Positions 1 to 7,801 of a DNA stretch of 24,000 bases are shown in pieces. The stretch comes from Thermobrachium celere DSM 8682 (GTDB lineage Bacteria; Bacillota; Clostridia; Clostridiales; Caloramatoraceae). The DNA lies in assembly GCF_000430995.1 (NCBI RefSeq), contig NZ_HF952018.1, positions 1,609,964 to 1,633,963 of the forward strand. Direction: 5' to 3'. Each line of letters begins with the position of its first letter. The first letter of the stretch is position 1. The notes beneath the pieces are model-generated. The model searched no databases. It had not been told where the DNA came from and saw nothing but the letters and a program-made list of their open reading frames with translations. The translations under genes were made by a program, and so were the position numbers.

Positions 1-329
1 TTTTCTAATTCTTCAACATCAAAGCTGTCTATATTTCTATTGTGCTTATTACTTTCTATAACAACATAATGAATGCCTTTAACAAATTCATCTGTATTCA
101 TTGTTACGGCTGGAAACTTATTTTCAACAACTCTCATAATCCATGGTTCCCCTACTTTATATACAGTAGGCGGAGTATTCTCTTCATTACCTACACAAAA
201 CGGACAATCTTTTTTGTGCTCTAATGAATTAATGTCATCACTATAATTAAAATCCTTTGGTCTTGCTGCCCTTTTTGCTGAATATATTACCTGTTCTCCA
301 GTTTCAAAACTTATTCTGAAGTTAGACAT
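1..329 (-). CDS. galT: Class I galactose-1-phosphate uridylyltransferase-like (HIT superfamily) protein; N-terminal 109 codons only, continues past the left edge
   Basis: Absent from the ORF track because it runs off the window. Translating the minus strand from the ATG at 329-327 gives MSNFRISFETGEQVIYSAKRAARPKDFNYSDDINSLEHKKDCPFCVGNEENTPPTVYKVGEPWIMRVVENKFPAV.... The RxxRP, CPFCxGNE (zinc knuckle) and NKFPA motifs fit class I GalT. AGGAGG (340-335) lies 5 nt upstream of the ATG. Confidence 0.7.
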   Translation of the reverse strand, partial: MSNFRISFETGEQVIYSAKRAARPKDFNYSDDINSLEHKKDCPFCVGNEENTPPTVYKVGEPWIMRVVENKFPAVTMNTDEFVKGIHYVVIESNKHNRNIDSFDVEELE

Positions 330-372
330 GATGACCTCCTAATTAATAGTGTACTACTATAATATGCTGAAA

Positions 373-1188
373 TTATTCTTTCATTCCTGTAGTTGCAATT
401 CCCTTTATAAAGTTCTTTTGGAATATCAAGAATATTATTATTGAAGGTATTGAAAGAATCATAACTCCTGCAAGTACCTGATCCCAGAACTGAAAATACT
501 GTCCATAGAAGGAATTAAGTCCAACAGGCAATGTATACATCTTGTCACTTGTAGCAAGTAAACTTGGCCATAGGAAGCTGTTCCAGTTACCTGTAAACAT
601 TAATATAAATTGTGTTGTAAGGGCTGGTCTTGCAAGTGGAAGTACTATTCTAAAGAATATACCAAATCTGCTTAGTCCATCAATCATAGCTGACTCTTCA
701 AGGGATTTTGGTATCGATAAAAAGAACTGTCTCATCAAAAATATTCCAAACAAACTTGTCAAAAAAGGTATTGTAAGGCCCTTGTAAGTGTTTACCCAGC
801 CAAGCTTAGTTAAAAGAATAAATGTTGGTACCATAACAACTTGACCAGGAACCATCATAAATGCAAGTATTGCTAAAAACAACGCCTTTTTTCCTGGAAA
901 TTCTATTCTTGCAAGTGCATAACCTGCCATTGAATTAAAAAGTAGGTTACCAAAAGTAACAACAAGTGCAACCCATATACTATTAAACATCCATCTTGCA
1001 AACGGAAACTTTTTCCATAAGAAAACATAGTTCTTAAAACTTAGCTTACTAAAATCTATAGCCAAATTGTTGATCTCACTTGTAGGTTTTAATGATGTAA
1101 TTACACTCCACAAAAATGGACCTATTGAAATTATCGCATATCCTATAACTAAAAGGTAAAATAGCACCTTTAATATTCTTTTTCCCAT
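373..1188 (-). CDS. Carbohydrate ABC transporter permease (CUT1, MalG-like)
   Basis: 271 aa and polytopic. Contains the EAA-type loop (SLEESAMIDGLSRFGIFFRIVLPLARPAL) typical of sugar ABC permeases. Starts 12 nt after the upstream permease stop, with GGTGGTGA upstream. Confidence 0.9.
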   Translation of the reverse strand: MGKRILKVLFYLLVIGYAIISIGPFLWSVITSLKPTSEINNLAIDFSKLSFKNYVFLWKKFPFARWMFNSIWVALVVTFGNLLFNSMAGYALARIEFPGKKALFLAILAFMMVPGQVVMVPTFILLTKLGWVNTYKGLTIPFLTSLFGIFLMRQFFLSIPKSLEESAMIDGLSRFGIFFRIVLPLARPALTTQFILMFTGNWNSFLWPSLLATSDKMYTLPVGLNSFYGQYFQFWDQVLAGVMILSIPSIIIFLIFQKNFIKGIATTGMKE

Positions 1189-1200
1189 TATTTCACCACC

Positions 1201-2118
1201 CTATTGATATTGAGTCTCTTCGCCAAATAGCTTCTTTTGTATTAATGTTAATATGAAGATTATTGCAAATAATATAAATGCTATTGCACAGGCATACCCC
1301 ATCTTAAAATCTCTAAATCCTGTTCTATATAGGTATAAAACAACAGTCATTGTTGAATTAAGAGGTCCTCCATTACCTCCTGATACAACATAGGCTTGGT
1401 CAAATACTTGGAAAGTACCAATAAGTGATACTACTAAATTAAAGAAAAATGTTGGTCTTAAAAGGGGTAATGTGACATACCAAAATTGCTGCCACTTATT
1501 CGCACCATCTATCCACGCAGCCTCATATAAAGAATGTGGAATATCCTGTAGCCCTGCAAGGAATATAATCATATATAAACCTACTGATGACCAAATAGCC
1601 ATACCCATAATTGAAGGAAGTGCTAATCTTACATCTCCAAACCAATTGTATGGCGGTATCCCAAATAGCTTTAAAAATTTATTTAAAAGTCCATCGGTTT
1701 TAAAAATAAACATAAACATAACTGATACTGCAACAGTTGAAGTAACTGTTGGTATATAGTAGGCTACTCTAAAAAACGTCTTTCCTTTTATATCTGAATC
1801 CACAATCAAGGCTAATATTAAAGCAATAACAAGCTGAATTGGTACAACCCCTAATGAATAAAGAGTTGTATTAAGTAGGGCTCTTTTAAATATAGGATCC
1901 TTAAAGGCATTTATATAGTTATCAAATCCAACCCATTTAGCCTGCCATATTGTGTTTTGATCTAAAAATGAATACTCTTTAAAACTTAATATAAATGCAA
2001 CAACAAGTGGACCTGCAAAAAAAACAAGTGTACTTATTACAAAAGGCATCACAAAAAGCCAACCGTCTATTTTTTCCCTTGTTTTAACTCTTGAAAGTGT
2101 ACCTTTTTTTGAGCTCAT
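1201..2118 (-). CDS. Carbohydrate ABC transporter permease (CUT1, MalF-like)
   Basis: 305 aa and polytopic. EAA loop YEAAWIDGANKWQQFWYVTLPLLRP. AAAGGAGG RBS upstream of the ATG. Confidence 0.9.
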   Translation of the reverse strand: MSSKKGTLSRVKTREKIDGWLFVMPFVISTLVFFAGPLVVAFILSFKEYSFLDQNTIWQAKWVGFDNYINAFKDPIFKRALLNTTLYSLGVVPIQLVIALILALIVDSDIKGKTFFRVAYYIPTVTSTVAVSVMFMFIFKTDGLLNKFLKLFGIPPYNWFGDVRLALPSIMGMAIWSSVGLYMIIFLAGLQDIPHSLYEAAWIDGANKWQQFWYVTLPLLRPTFFFNLVVSLIGTFQVFDQAYVVSGGNGGPLNSTMTVVLYLYRTGFRDFKMGYACAIAFILFAIIFILTLIQKKLFGEETQYQ

Positions 2119-2130
2119 AGAATACCTCCT

Positions 2131-2159
2131 TTAAAAAAGGAAGCACTCAAGGTGCTTCC
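2131..2159 (-). terminator. Intra-operon intrinsic-terminator-like hairpin between the binding-protein gene and the permease genes
   Basis: Minus-strand RNA reads GGAAGCAC-CUUGA-GUGCUUCC followed by UUUUUU. The arms are at 2152-2159 and 2139-2146, and the U-run is the complement of 2133-2138. It sits after the SBP stop (2165) and before the permease RBS. Confidence 0.6.
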
Positions 2160-2164
2160 TTTTA

Positions 2165-3391
2165 TTATTGTCCTACTTCTTTGGCAGCTTCTTCTAATGC
2201 AGCCTTGCCATCTTTTACTTTATTAAATAATAGTTTTTCACCAGCTTTGTTTAAAGCATCCATAATCTTAGTTGTATTAGCACCAAATTGGAATACTTGT
2301 GCACCCTTTGTACCTTCTACAAGTGGAGTTCTTTCTGGATATTTTTCTGTATATAGCTTTTCCATTGACTTTCTTGATGGAATAGCAAGACCACTTTCTG
2401 CAACCATCTTTAATGCTTCTTTTCCTGTTAAGAACTTAATTACTTCAGCAGCTTCCTTCTTATGCTTTGAATTTACACTCATAGCATATGCAACTGTAAA
2501 TGCAAGGTTTCCTTCCTTATCTCCCTTTGGAAGCTTAGCTATACCATACTTAACATCTGGACCTGCATCCTTCATAAATGGAATCATCCAGCCACCTTCT
2601 ATAACCATAGCAACCTTCTTGTGAGCTAGAGCATCTCCATTCCAACCTTCTCCAAGATCCTTTGGTTGCTTTGCATATCCCTTCTTAATTAATGAGAAAT
2701 AGAAATCTAATCCCTTTGCAGCCTCTGGAGTGTTAAATGCTACATTATCACCTTCGTTAATCTTTCCTCCAGCTTGAAGCATAAATGGTATAAATCTTGC
2801 TGCATCAGCACTTAGAGCCATTCCATATACTCCATCCTTAGTTAGCTTCTTTGCAGCCTCTTCAAGTTCTGCCCAAGTAGTTGGTTCCTTAACTCCTGCC
2901 TTCTCAAACATTTCTTTGTTATAGAATATTGCAAGTGAGTTGAAGTCTTTTGGAAGTCCATAAATTTTGCCATCCTTCTTAAATCCTTCTAGTAGGAACT
3001 CTTCAAAGTCCTTTACATCTTCCATATCAAGGTAGCTGTCTAATGGTTCTACAACTCCCTTTGATATGTAAGCTGGTGCTTGGAATACATCAAGGTAATA
3101 AACATCTGGTTCAGTCTTTGAAGCTATCTTTGCTTGCATTGCTTGGTTGTAGTCGCCAGTTATAACTTGCTTTTCAATCTTAATGTTTGGATGTGTTTCT
3201 TCAAACTTCTTAATTTGGTCATCTAGAAGTTGTGTTTCTGCAGGTGATGAACCCCAGCAACCAAGCGTAATTGTAACTTTTTCTTGTTTTGGCTGCTCTG
3301 TTGATTGTTCTTCCTTTTTACCGCAGCCTACAAATAAAGATGAAGCAATTACAAGTGCTGTAGCTGTAGCTACAAAGCGTTTGAATTTCAT
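2165..3391 (-). CDS. Extracellular sugar-binding lipoprotein of a CUT1 ABC transporter
   Basis: 408 aa. Has a signal peptide with lipobox LFVGC followed by a GKKEEQ linker. Family-1 solute-binding protein composition. GAGGGGG RBS. Confidence 0.9.
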   Translation of the reverse strand: MKFKRFVATATALVIASSLFVGCGKKEEQSTEQPKQEKVTITLGCWGSSPAETQLLDDQIKKFEETHPNIKIEKQVITGDYNQAMQAKIASKTEPDVYYLDVFQAPAYISKGVVEPLDSYLDMEDVKDFEEFLLEGFKKDGKIYGLPKDFNSLAIFYNKEMFEKAGVKEPTTWAELEEAAKKLTKDGVYGMALSADAARFIPFMLQAGGKINEGDNVAFNTPEAAKGLDFYFSLIKKGYAKQPKDLGEGWNGDALAHKKVAMVIEGGWMIPFMKDAGPDVKYGIAKLPKGDKEGNLAFTVAYAMSVNSKHKKEAAEVIKFLTGKEALKMVAESGLAIPSRKSMEKLYTEKYPERTPLVEGTKGAQVFQFGANTTKIMDALNKAGEKLLFNKVKDGKAALEEAAKEVGQ

Positions 3392-3441
3392 ATATTTTCC
3401 CCCTCTTATTTTAGTTTTTATAATTACTGCTTAATGCAGCT

Positions 3442-4461
3442 TTAAACTGATTTAGTTGATTCCCTCTCTAATAGTTCTGGTTCAATTACTACTCTTCCTA
3501 TCCTTTGTCCTTGAATTATATTAAATAGTAAATTTGCTGCCGCTTCACCAATTTTTGCTGTATCCTGCTTTACTGTTGTTATTTTTGGTGAAATGCACTG
3601 TGAAAGATAGATACCATCAAATCCAATTATTGATATATCATCTGGTATTGAGTATCCTAAGTCGTTTAGCCTGTTTACTACACCAATTGCCATGATATCA
3701 CTTGCACAAAATATAGCAGTTACATCCCTATGCCTATTAATTAATCTTTCTACTGCTTCTTCTGCACCTTTATCTGTAAAATCAGCATATTCTATTAATG
3801 AATTATCAACGGTTAAACCATATCTATTATGGGCTAAAAAATATCCATCTAATCTTTCATAGCTTACATAGGCATCCTTGTGACCATTTATAAAACCTAT
3901 CTTTTTATGACCTAACTTAATAAGATATTCAACTGCTAAGAATGCTCCCTTTGTATTATCAACTCCGACACATCCAACATATGGATTATTTATGTTTATA
4001 TCATATAGAACACAAGGCTTATCTATCTGAGAAAGCTCTCTATAGTATTCATCTGTCATTTTAAGGCCCATTATAAACATTCCATCTAATTGCTTGTCTG
4101 TAAAAAGTTTAGATAACTTTTCATTTTTCTGTACATCAGATGTCGTTGATAAAAGCACTGTTTCATAACCTAATTTAGTAGCTGTGTTTTTAAAATTCAT
4201 AAGTATCTCAAAAACAAGAGGATTTAGCATTCCAGATAGATCATAGTCTTCTACAAGCATGCCTAGTCTAAAATTTCTATTTGAGCTTAAACTTCTAGCA
4301 ATTATATTAGGCTTATATCCAAGTTCCTCTGCAATTTTTAATATTTGTTCTCTTGTTTCTGGATTTATATCGCTATAGTTATTAAAGGCTCTTGAAACAG
4401 TGCTTACAGAAACACCTGCTTTTTTTGCTACATCCTTTATAGTTACAGTCTTGTTTTCCAT
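3442..4461 (-). CDS. LacI/GalR-family transcriptional regulator
   Basis: 339 aa. N-terminal HTH VTIKDVAKKAGVSVSTVSRAFNN...ARSL, followed by a periplasmic-binding-protein-like sugar-binding core. Confidence 0.9.
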   Translation of the reverse strand: MENKTVTIKDVAKKAGVSVSTVSRAFNNYSDINPETREQILKIAEELGYKPNIIARSLSSNRNFRLGMLVEDYDLSGMLNPLVFEILMNFKNTATKLGYETVLLSTTSDVQKNEKLSKLFTDKQLDGMFIMGLKMTDEYYRELSQIDKPCVLYDININNPYVGCVGVDNTKGAFLAVEYLIKLGHKKIGFINGHKDAYVSYERLDGYFLAHNRYGLTVDNSLIEYADFTDKGAEEAVERLINRHRDVTAIFCASDIMAIGVVNRLNDLGYSIPDDISIIGFDGIYLSQCISPKITTVKQDTAKIGEAAANLLFNIIQGQRIGRVVIEPELLERESTKSV

Positions 4462-4538
4462 AAATCCACCTCACAAATTACTTTTATATTAATAGTATTA
4501 CATCTGTAAGCACCATTCAAGCTACAAAGCAGCTAAGC

Positions 4539-6818
4539 TTATCTTGATACAACCAACTTTTTATTTGCCTCAACTCTATAGTCTTTACCATAAACCTTAA
4601 CATCAATATCCTTTTCTGAAGTGATATTTACATCATTCTTATCCACAGTAACAACAACCTTTGAGCCTCTCCAGTTTATTGTATAAGTAAATTCTTCCCA
4701 AACATCTGGTATCCATGGATTGAAGTTTGGAACTTCATTTTCATCAACGCTAAATCCACCAAATCCAAATACAGCACTTTGCCATGATCCACCAGTTGAT
4801 GCAGCGTGTAATCCATGTCCTGCATTCCCTTGATTATCTTCAAGGTCTGTTAGTATAGTTTTTAAGAAGTATTTATATGAATTTTGAGTATCTCCAACAG
4901 TAAGCCCCATTATTGAGTACATTGATGGGCTAAGTGATGACTTATGCATTGTTCTCTTTTCGTAGTATTCGTAATTGATCTTCTTTGACTCTAGATCAAA
5001 TTCTTCTCCTAAAACAAGCATGAGCATAACAACATCAGGTTGCTTTATAAGTTGTGTTTCGTGAAGCTTGTATCCTTTTAAATCTGGCCATACAGGCATT
5101 CCATTTTCATCGTATTCTGTAATTTGTATATCCACTAAATCAAAGTATCCTTCAAATTGCTCAATCAACTTTCCATCCTTAGCCATTGGTATATATATTT
5201 TATTTAGCTTATCTTCCCATTCTTTAAAATCTACATCTGATATTCCTAATTGATTACATAGAGTTTCATATTTTGTAAAGTCCTTTTCCTTTAGCCACTC
5301 TTTAACCTCTAGGGCCTTTTTCATATTCCATTTAGCAAGGTAGTTTGTGTAAACATTATTATTTACATGTTCATGGAATTCATCTGGTCCTATTACCCTA
5401 TTTATCTCATATCTGTCTTCCTTCTCATTATATTCCAATCTACTATTCCAGAACTTTGCTGTATCAAGAAGTATTTCTGTACCATAGTTTATAAGGAACT
5501 CTTCATCTTTAGTTGCTCTAAAATATTCCCATATACCAAAGGCTATATCTGAGTTTATATGATATTCCTCATCACCTGTCCATATTCTAACTGGGTTGCC
5601 GTCATAATCAACTCCCCACTTTGGAGTAACCTCCATACCATCATCTGCTGACTCCCATGGGAATTGAGCTCCCTTAAATCCATTAAGCTGAGCGTTTCTT
5701 CTTGCTCCATCTAATGTGTTATATCTGTACATTAATAAAGACTTTGCAACCTCAGGGTTTGTATAAACAAAGAATGGAAGCATAAATATTTCTGTATCCC
5801 AGAAAACATGTCCCTTATATCCTTCACCATGAAGTGCCTTTGCTGCAACACTTACCCTTGGATCGTCAGCATAGGCAGATGATGCAAGCTGGAACATGTT
5901 AAACCTTATTCCCACCTGAGCTGTATCATCACCCTTTATTTTTATATCCATTCCATCCCAAAGCTTTGTCCAAACAATTGAATGTTCCTCTTTTTCCTTT
6001 TCATAACCTTCATTTACAAAATCAACAAGCTCCTTATGGGCTACTGCAAATAACTCTTCCTTTGTATCCCTTGATGTATATGTCACTCCATATTTATAAA
6101 CCACATATTCTTTACCTTCTTCTACAAAGAACTCATAAAGCTCCCTTACTCTTTCACCTAACTTTGCATATTTTCTTATCTTAAATACATTTCCATGCTC
6201 ATCTTTAGATAAAACCTTTGTAGCCTCAACTATTTCAATTTTGTTATCATATGTTCTTGTTTTTAATGCAATTCCAGGCTTTAAATCTAAAGCATCTACT
6301 ACCTCAAAATGTTTTGTTAACCATGCTGGATCCTGAGCACTGTTTACCACAGTTCCATCTATAATATTTTCAATAAACATCTTAGCTTTAAAGTTTACTG
6401 GTATAATTGTGTATTTAGCTGCCCATCTATGAACATTCTTTCTGCTTACAAATCTTTCAGTTTTTATTTCAACAATTCTTCCACTTTTAAGTTCTAACTT
6501 ATAGTTTGAATATAAAATACCATTTTTCATATCTAAAGTTCTATTGAAATCTAAAACATTTGCCTTATCTATATCAACTAATTCATTATCAACATATATA
6601 TTGAACACAAGAGGATCTTGACAGTTTACAATTTCGGTAACTTGTGCTGTATTTTTATCAAATACTCCAGCTATAAAATTTCCTCTTTCGCCTACCTTTG
6701 AAAATTCTATTGCTCCTCTAATCCCTCTGTAGCCATTTGCTAATGTAAATATAGTTTCATATTTTCTATTTTGATTTGAATTGTATTCCTTTAGTTCAAC
6801 ATTCCATAACTTGTCCAT
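4539..6818 (-). CDS. Glycoside hydrolase family 65 alpha-glucoside (disaccharide) phosphorylase; substrate specificity unresolved
   Basis: 759 aa. N-terminal ETIFTLANGYRGIRG motif. The catalytic-acid region is IGPDEFHEHVNNNVYTNY, the GPDE motif of GH65. A beta-phosphoglucomutase gene is divergent from it. AGGAGG lies 6 nt upstream of the ATG. Confidence 0.9.
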   Translation of the reverse strand: MDKLWNVELKEYNSNQNRKYETIFTLANGYRGIRGAIEFSKVGERGNFIAGVFDKNTAQVTEIVNCQDPLVFNIYVDNELVDIDKANVLDFNRTLDMKNGILYSNYKLELKSGRIVEIKTERFVSRKNVHRWAAKYTIIPVNFKAKMFIENIIDGTVVNSAQDPAWLTKHFEVVDALDLKPGIALKTRTYDNKIEIVEATKVLSKDEHGNVFKIRKYAKLGERVRELYEFFVEEGKEYVVYKYGVTYTSRDTKEELFAVAHKELVDFVNEGYEKEKEEHSIVWTKLWDGMDIKIKGDDTAQVGIRFNMFQLASSAYADDPRVSVAAKALHGEGYKGHVFWDTEIFMLPFFVYTNPEVAKSLLMYRYNTLDGARRNAQLNGFKGAQFPWESADDGMEVTPKWGVDYDGNPVRIWTGDEEYHINSDIAFGIWEYFRATKDEEFLINYGTEILLDTAKFWNSRLEYNEKEDRYEINRVIGPDEFHEHVNNNVYTNYLAKWNMKKALEVKEWLKEKDFTKYETLCNQLGISDVDFKEWEDKLNKIYIPMAKDGKLIEQFEGYFDLVDIQITEYDENGMPVWPDLKGYKLHETQLIKQPDVVMLMLVLGEEFDLESKKINYEYYEKRTMHKSSLSPSMYSIMGLTVGDTQNSYKYFLKTILTDLEDNQGNAGHGLHAASTGGSWQSAVFGFGGFSVDENEVPNFNPWIPDVWEEFTYTINWRGSKVVVTVDKNDVNITSEKDIDVKVYGKDYRVEANKKLVVSR

Positions 6819-6834
6819 TGCTCTCCTCCTGTTT

Positions 6835-6848
6835 CGTAAACGTTTTTG
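6835..6848. promoter_or_regulatory. LacI-family operator O2 in the early transcribed leader of the GH65 gene
   Basis: CGTAAACGTTTTTG matches the same palindrome at 12/14 positions. It lies between the predicted transcription start (about 6851) and the RBS. Confidence 0.5.
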
Positions 6849-6857
6849 TTCATTTTC

Positions 6858-6886
6858 ATTATATATTAATCCAAAAACGTTTTCAA
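6858..6886 (-). promoter_or_regulatory. Sigma-A-type promoter of the GH65/LacI/ABC genes
   Basis: On the minus strand: -35 TTGAAA (6886-6881), an exact 17-nt spacer, then -10 TATAAT (6863-6858). Confidence 0.6.
6872..6885. promoter_or_regulatory. LacI-family operator O1 (also cre-like), overlapping the -35 and spacer of the GH65 promoter
   Basis: CAAAAACGTTTTCA matches the perfect palindrome CAAAAACGTTTTTG at 12/14 positions. Its reverse complement TGAAAACGTTTTTG matches the cre consensus TGWAANCGNTNWCA at 12/14. Confidence 0.6.
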
Positions 6887-7047
6887 TAGTTTTTTGAAAA
6901 AATTTTTAGACGATTTAAACTTCAATTTTCTCTGTTTTTCATCAAAAATCTTCATTTTTCTATGTCTGAAAACATATCCTTTTCTCACTTATTTAATATA
7001 TTAAAATTTTTTATCATTTTTTCAAAACATTTTTGTATAAAATCTAC

Positions 7048-7076
7048 TTTATTTACAAAATCGTTTTTGTTATAAT
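7048..7076 (+). promoter_or_regulatory. pgmB promoter with an extended -10
   Basis: TGtTATAAT at 7068-7076 (TG at 7068-7069, hexamer at 7071-7076). A weak -35 TTTATT sits at 7048-7053, with a 17-nt spacer. Confidence 0.55.
7056..7069. promoter_or_regulatory. LacI-family operator O3 overlapping the pgmB promoter
   Basis: CAAAATCGTTTTTG matches the same palindrome at 13/14 positions. It abuts the extended -10 element. Confidence 0.55.
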
Positions 7077-7111
7077 TGATTAAGAGTTAAGCTAAAAGGA
7101 GGCCAAAGAGG

Positions 7112-7753
7112 ATGATAAAAGGATGTATATTTGACCTAGATGGAGTTATTGTTGATACAGCAAAATATCACTATCTTGCTTGGAAGAGACTTGCAAATGA
7201 ATTAGGCTTTGAATTTACAGAAGAGGATAATGAAAGACTTAAAGGTGTAAGCAGAATGAAATCCCTTGAAATATTACTTGAAATCGGGAACAAACAATTT
7301 GATGAAGAAACAAAAATTAAACTTGCTGAAAAAAAGAATGGCTGGTATGTTGAATACATATCTAAAATGGATGAAAGTGAAATATTAGATGGAGTTAAAG
7401 ATTTCCTAACTGAGCTGAGAGAAAAGGGAATAAAGATATCATTAGGCTCTGTAAGTAAAAATGCAATGACAATACTTAAGAACATAAATCTTCTTCCATA
7501 CTTTGATGCAGTAATAGATGGGACAAAGGTTACAAATGCAAAACCTGATCCTGAAGTATTTTTAAAAGCTGCTCAAGAACTTGGATTAAAACCAGAAGAA
7601 TGCTGTGTTTTTGAAGATGCAGTTGCTGGAATTGAAGCAGCAAGACGAGCAAATATGAAGGTAATTGGAGTTGGATCACCTGAAATTTTAGGTGATGCAG
7701 ATAAAGTTATAAGCGGATTTAAAGGAGTTACATCAGATATACTAAATTTCTAA
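7112..7753 (+). CDS. pgmB: Beta-phosphoglucomutase (HAD superfamily)
   Basis: 213 aa. Contains the DLDGVIVDT nucleophile motif, YHYLAWKRLANELG, a KPDPEVFL motif and FEDAVAGIEAA. Divergent from the GH65 phosphorylase. AAGGAGG RBS at 7096-7102. Confidence 0.9.
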   Translation: MIKGCIFDLDGVIVDTAKYHYLAWKRLANELGFEFTEEDNERLKGVSRMKSLEILLEIGNKQFDEETKIKLAEKKNGWYVEYISKMDESEILDGVKDFLTELREKGIKISLGSVSKNAMTILKNINLLPYFDAVIDGTKVTNAKPDPEVFLKAAQELGLKPEECCVFEDAVAGIEAARRANMKVIGVGSPEILGDADKVISGFKGVTSDILNF

Positions 7754-7757
7754 AAAT

Positions 7758-7797
7758 AAAAGGATAAGTCTCTGCTCCCCCTTCGACTTATCCTTTT
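7758..7797. terminator. Bidirectional intrinsic terminator shared by pgmB (+) and the DMT transporter gene (-)
   Basis: Arms AAAGGATAAGTC (7759-7770) and GACTTATCCTTT (7785-7796) with a 14-nt loop. An A-run lies upstream and a T-run downstream, so it works on both strands. Confidence 0.8.
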
Positions 7798-7801
7798 ATT
7801 T

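Noticed and set aside
330-372. Near-palindrome TAGTGTACTACTA and a TATAAT-like hexamer between the last permease gene and the GalT-like gene, considered as a separate promoter or operator
   Set aside because: The palindrome is out of register by one base, there is no -35, and the 43-nt gap is more simply an intercistronic spacer.
3392-3441. Weak hairpins in the LacI-SBP gap (3392-3441) and the GH65-LacI gap (4462-4538), considered as terminators
   Set aside because: The stems are only 4-5 bp with no following U-tract, which is not enough to call terminators. These genes are probably co-transcribed or have internal promoters I cannot resolve by eye.
6872-6885. Calling O1 purely a CcpA cre site
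   Set aside because: The same palindrome recurs twice more in the region, and the locus encodes its own LacI regulator. A locus-specific operator is therefore the simpler reading, and dual use is kept only as a hypothesis.
6962-7075. 37-codon plus-strand small ORF (MSENISFSHLFNILKFF...) in the GH65/pgmB intergenic region
   Set aside because: It has no Shine-Dalgarno sequence, its Phe/Ile/Lys-rich translation is typical of random AT-rich sequence, and it runs through operator O3 and the pgmB -10 element.
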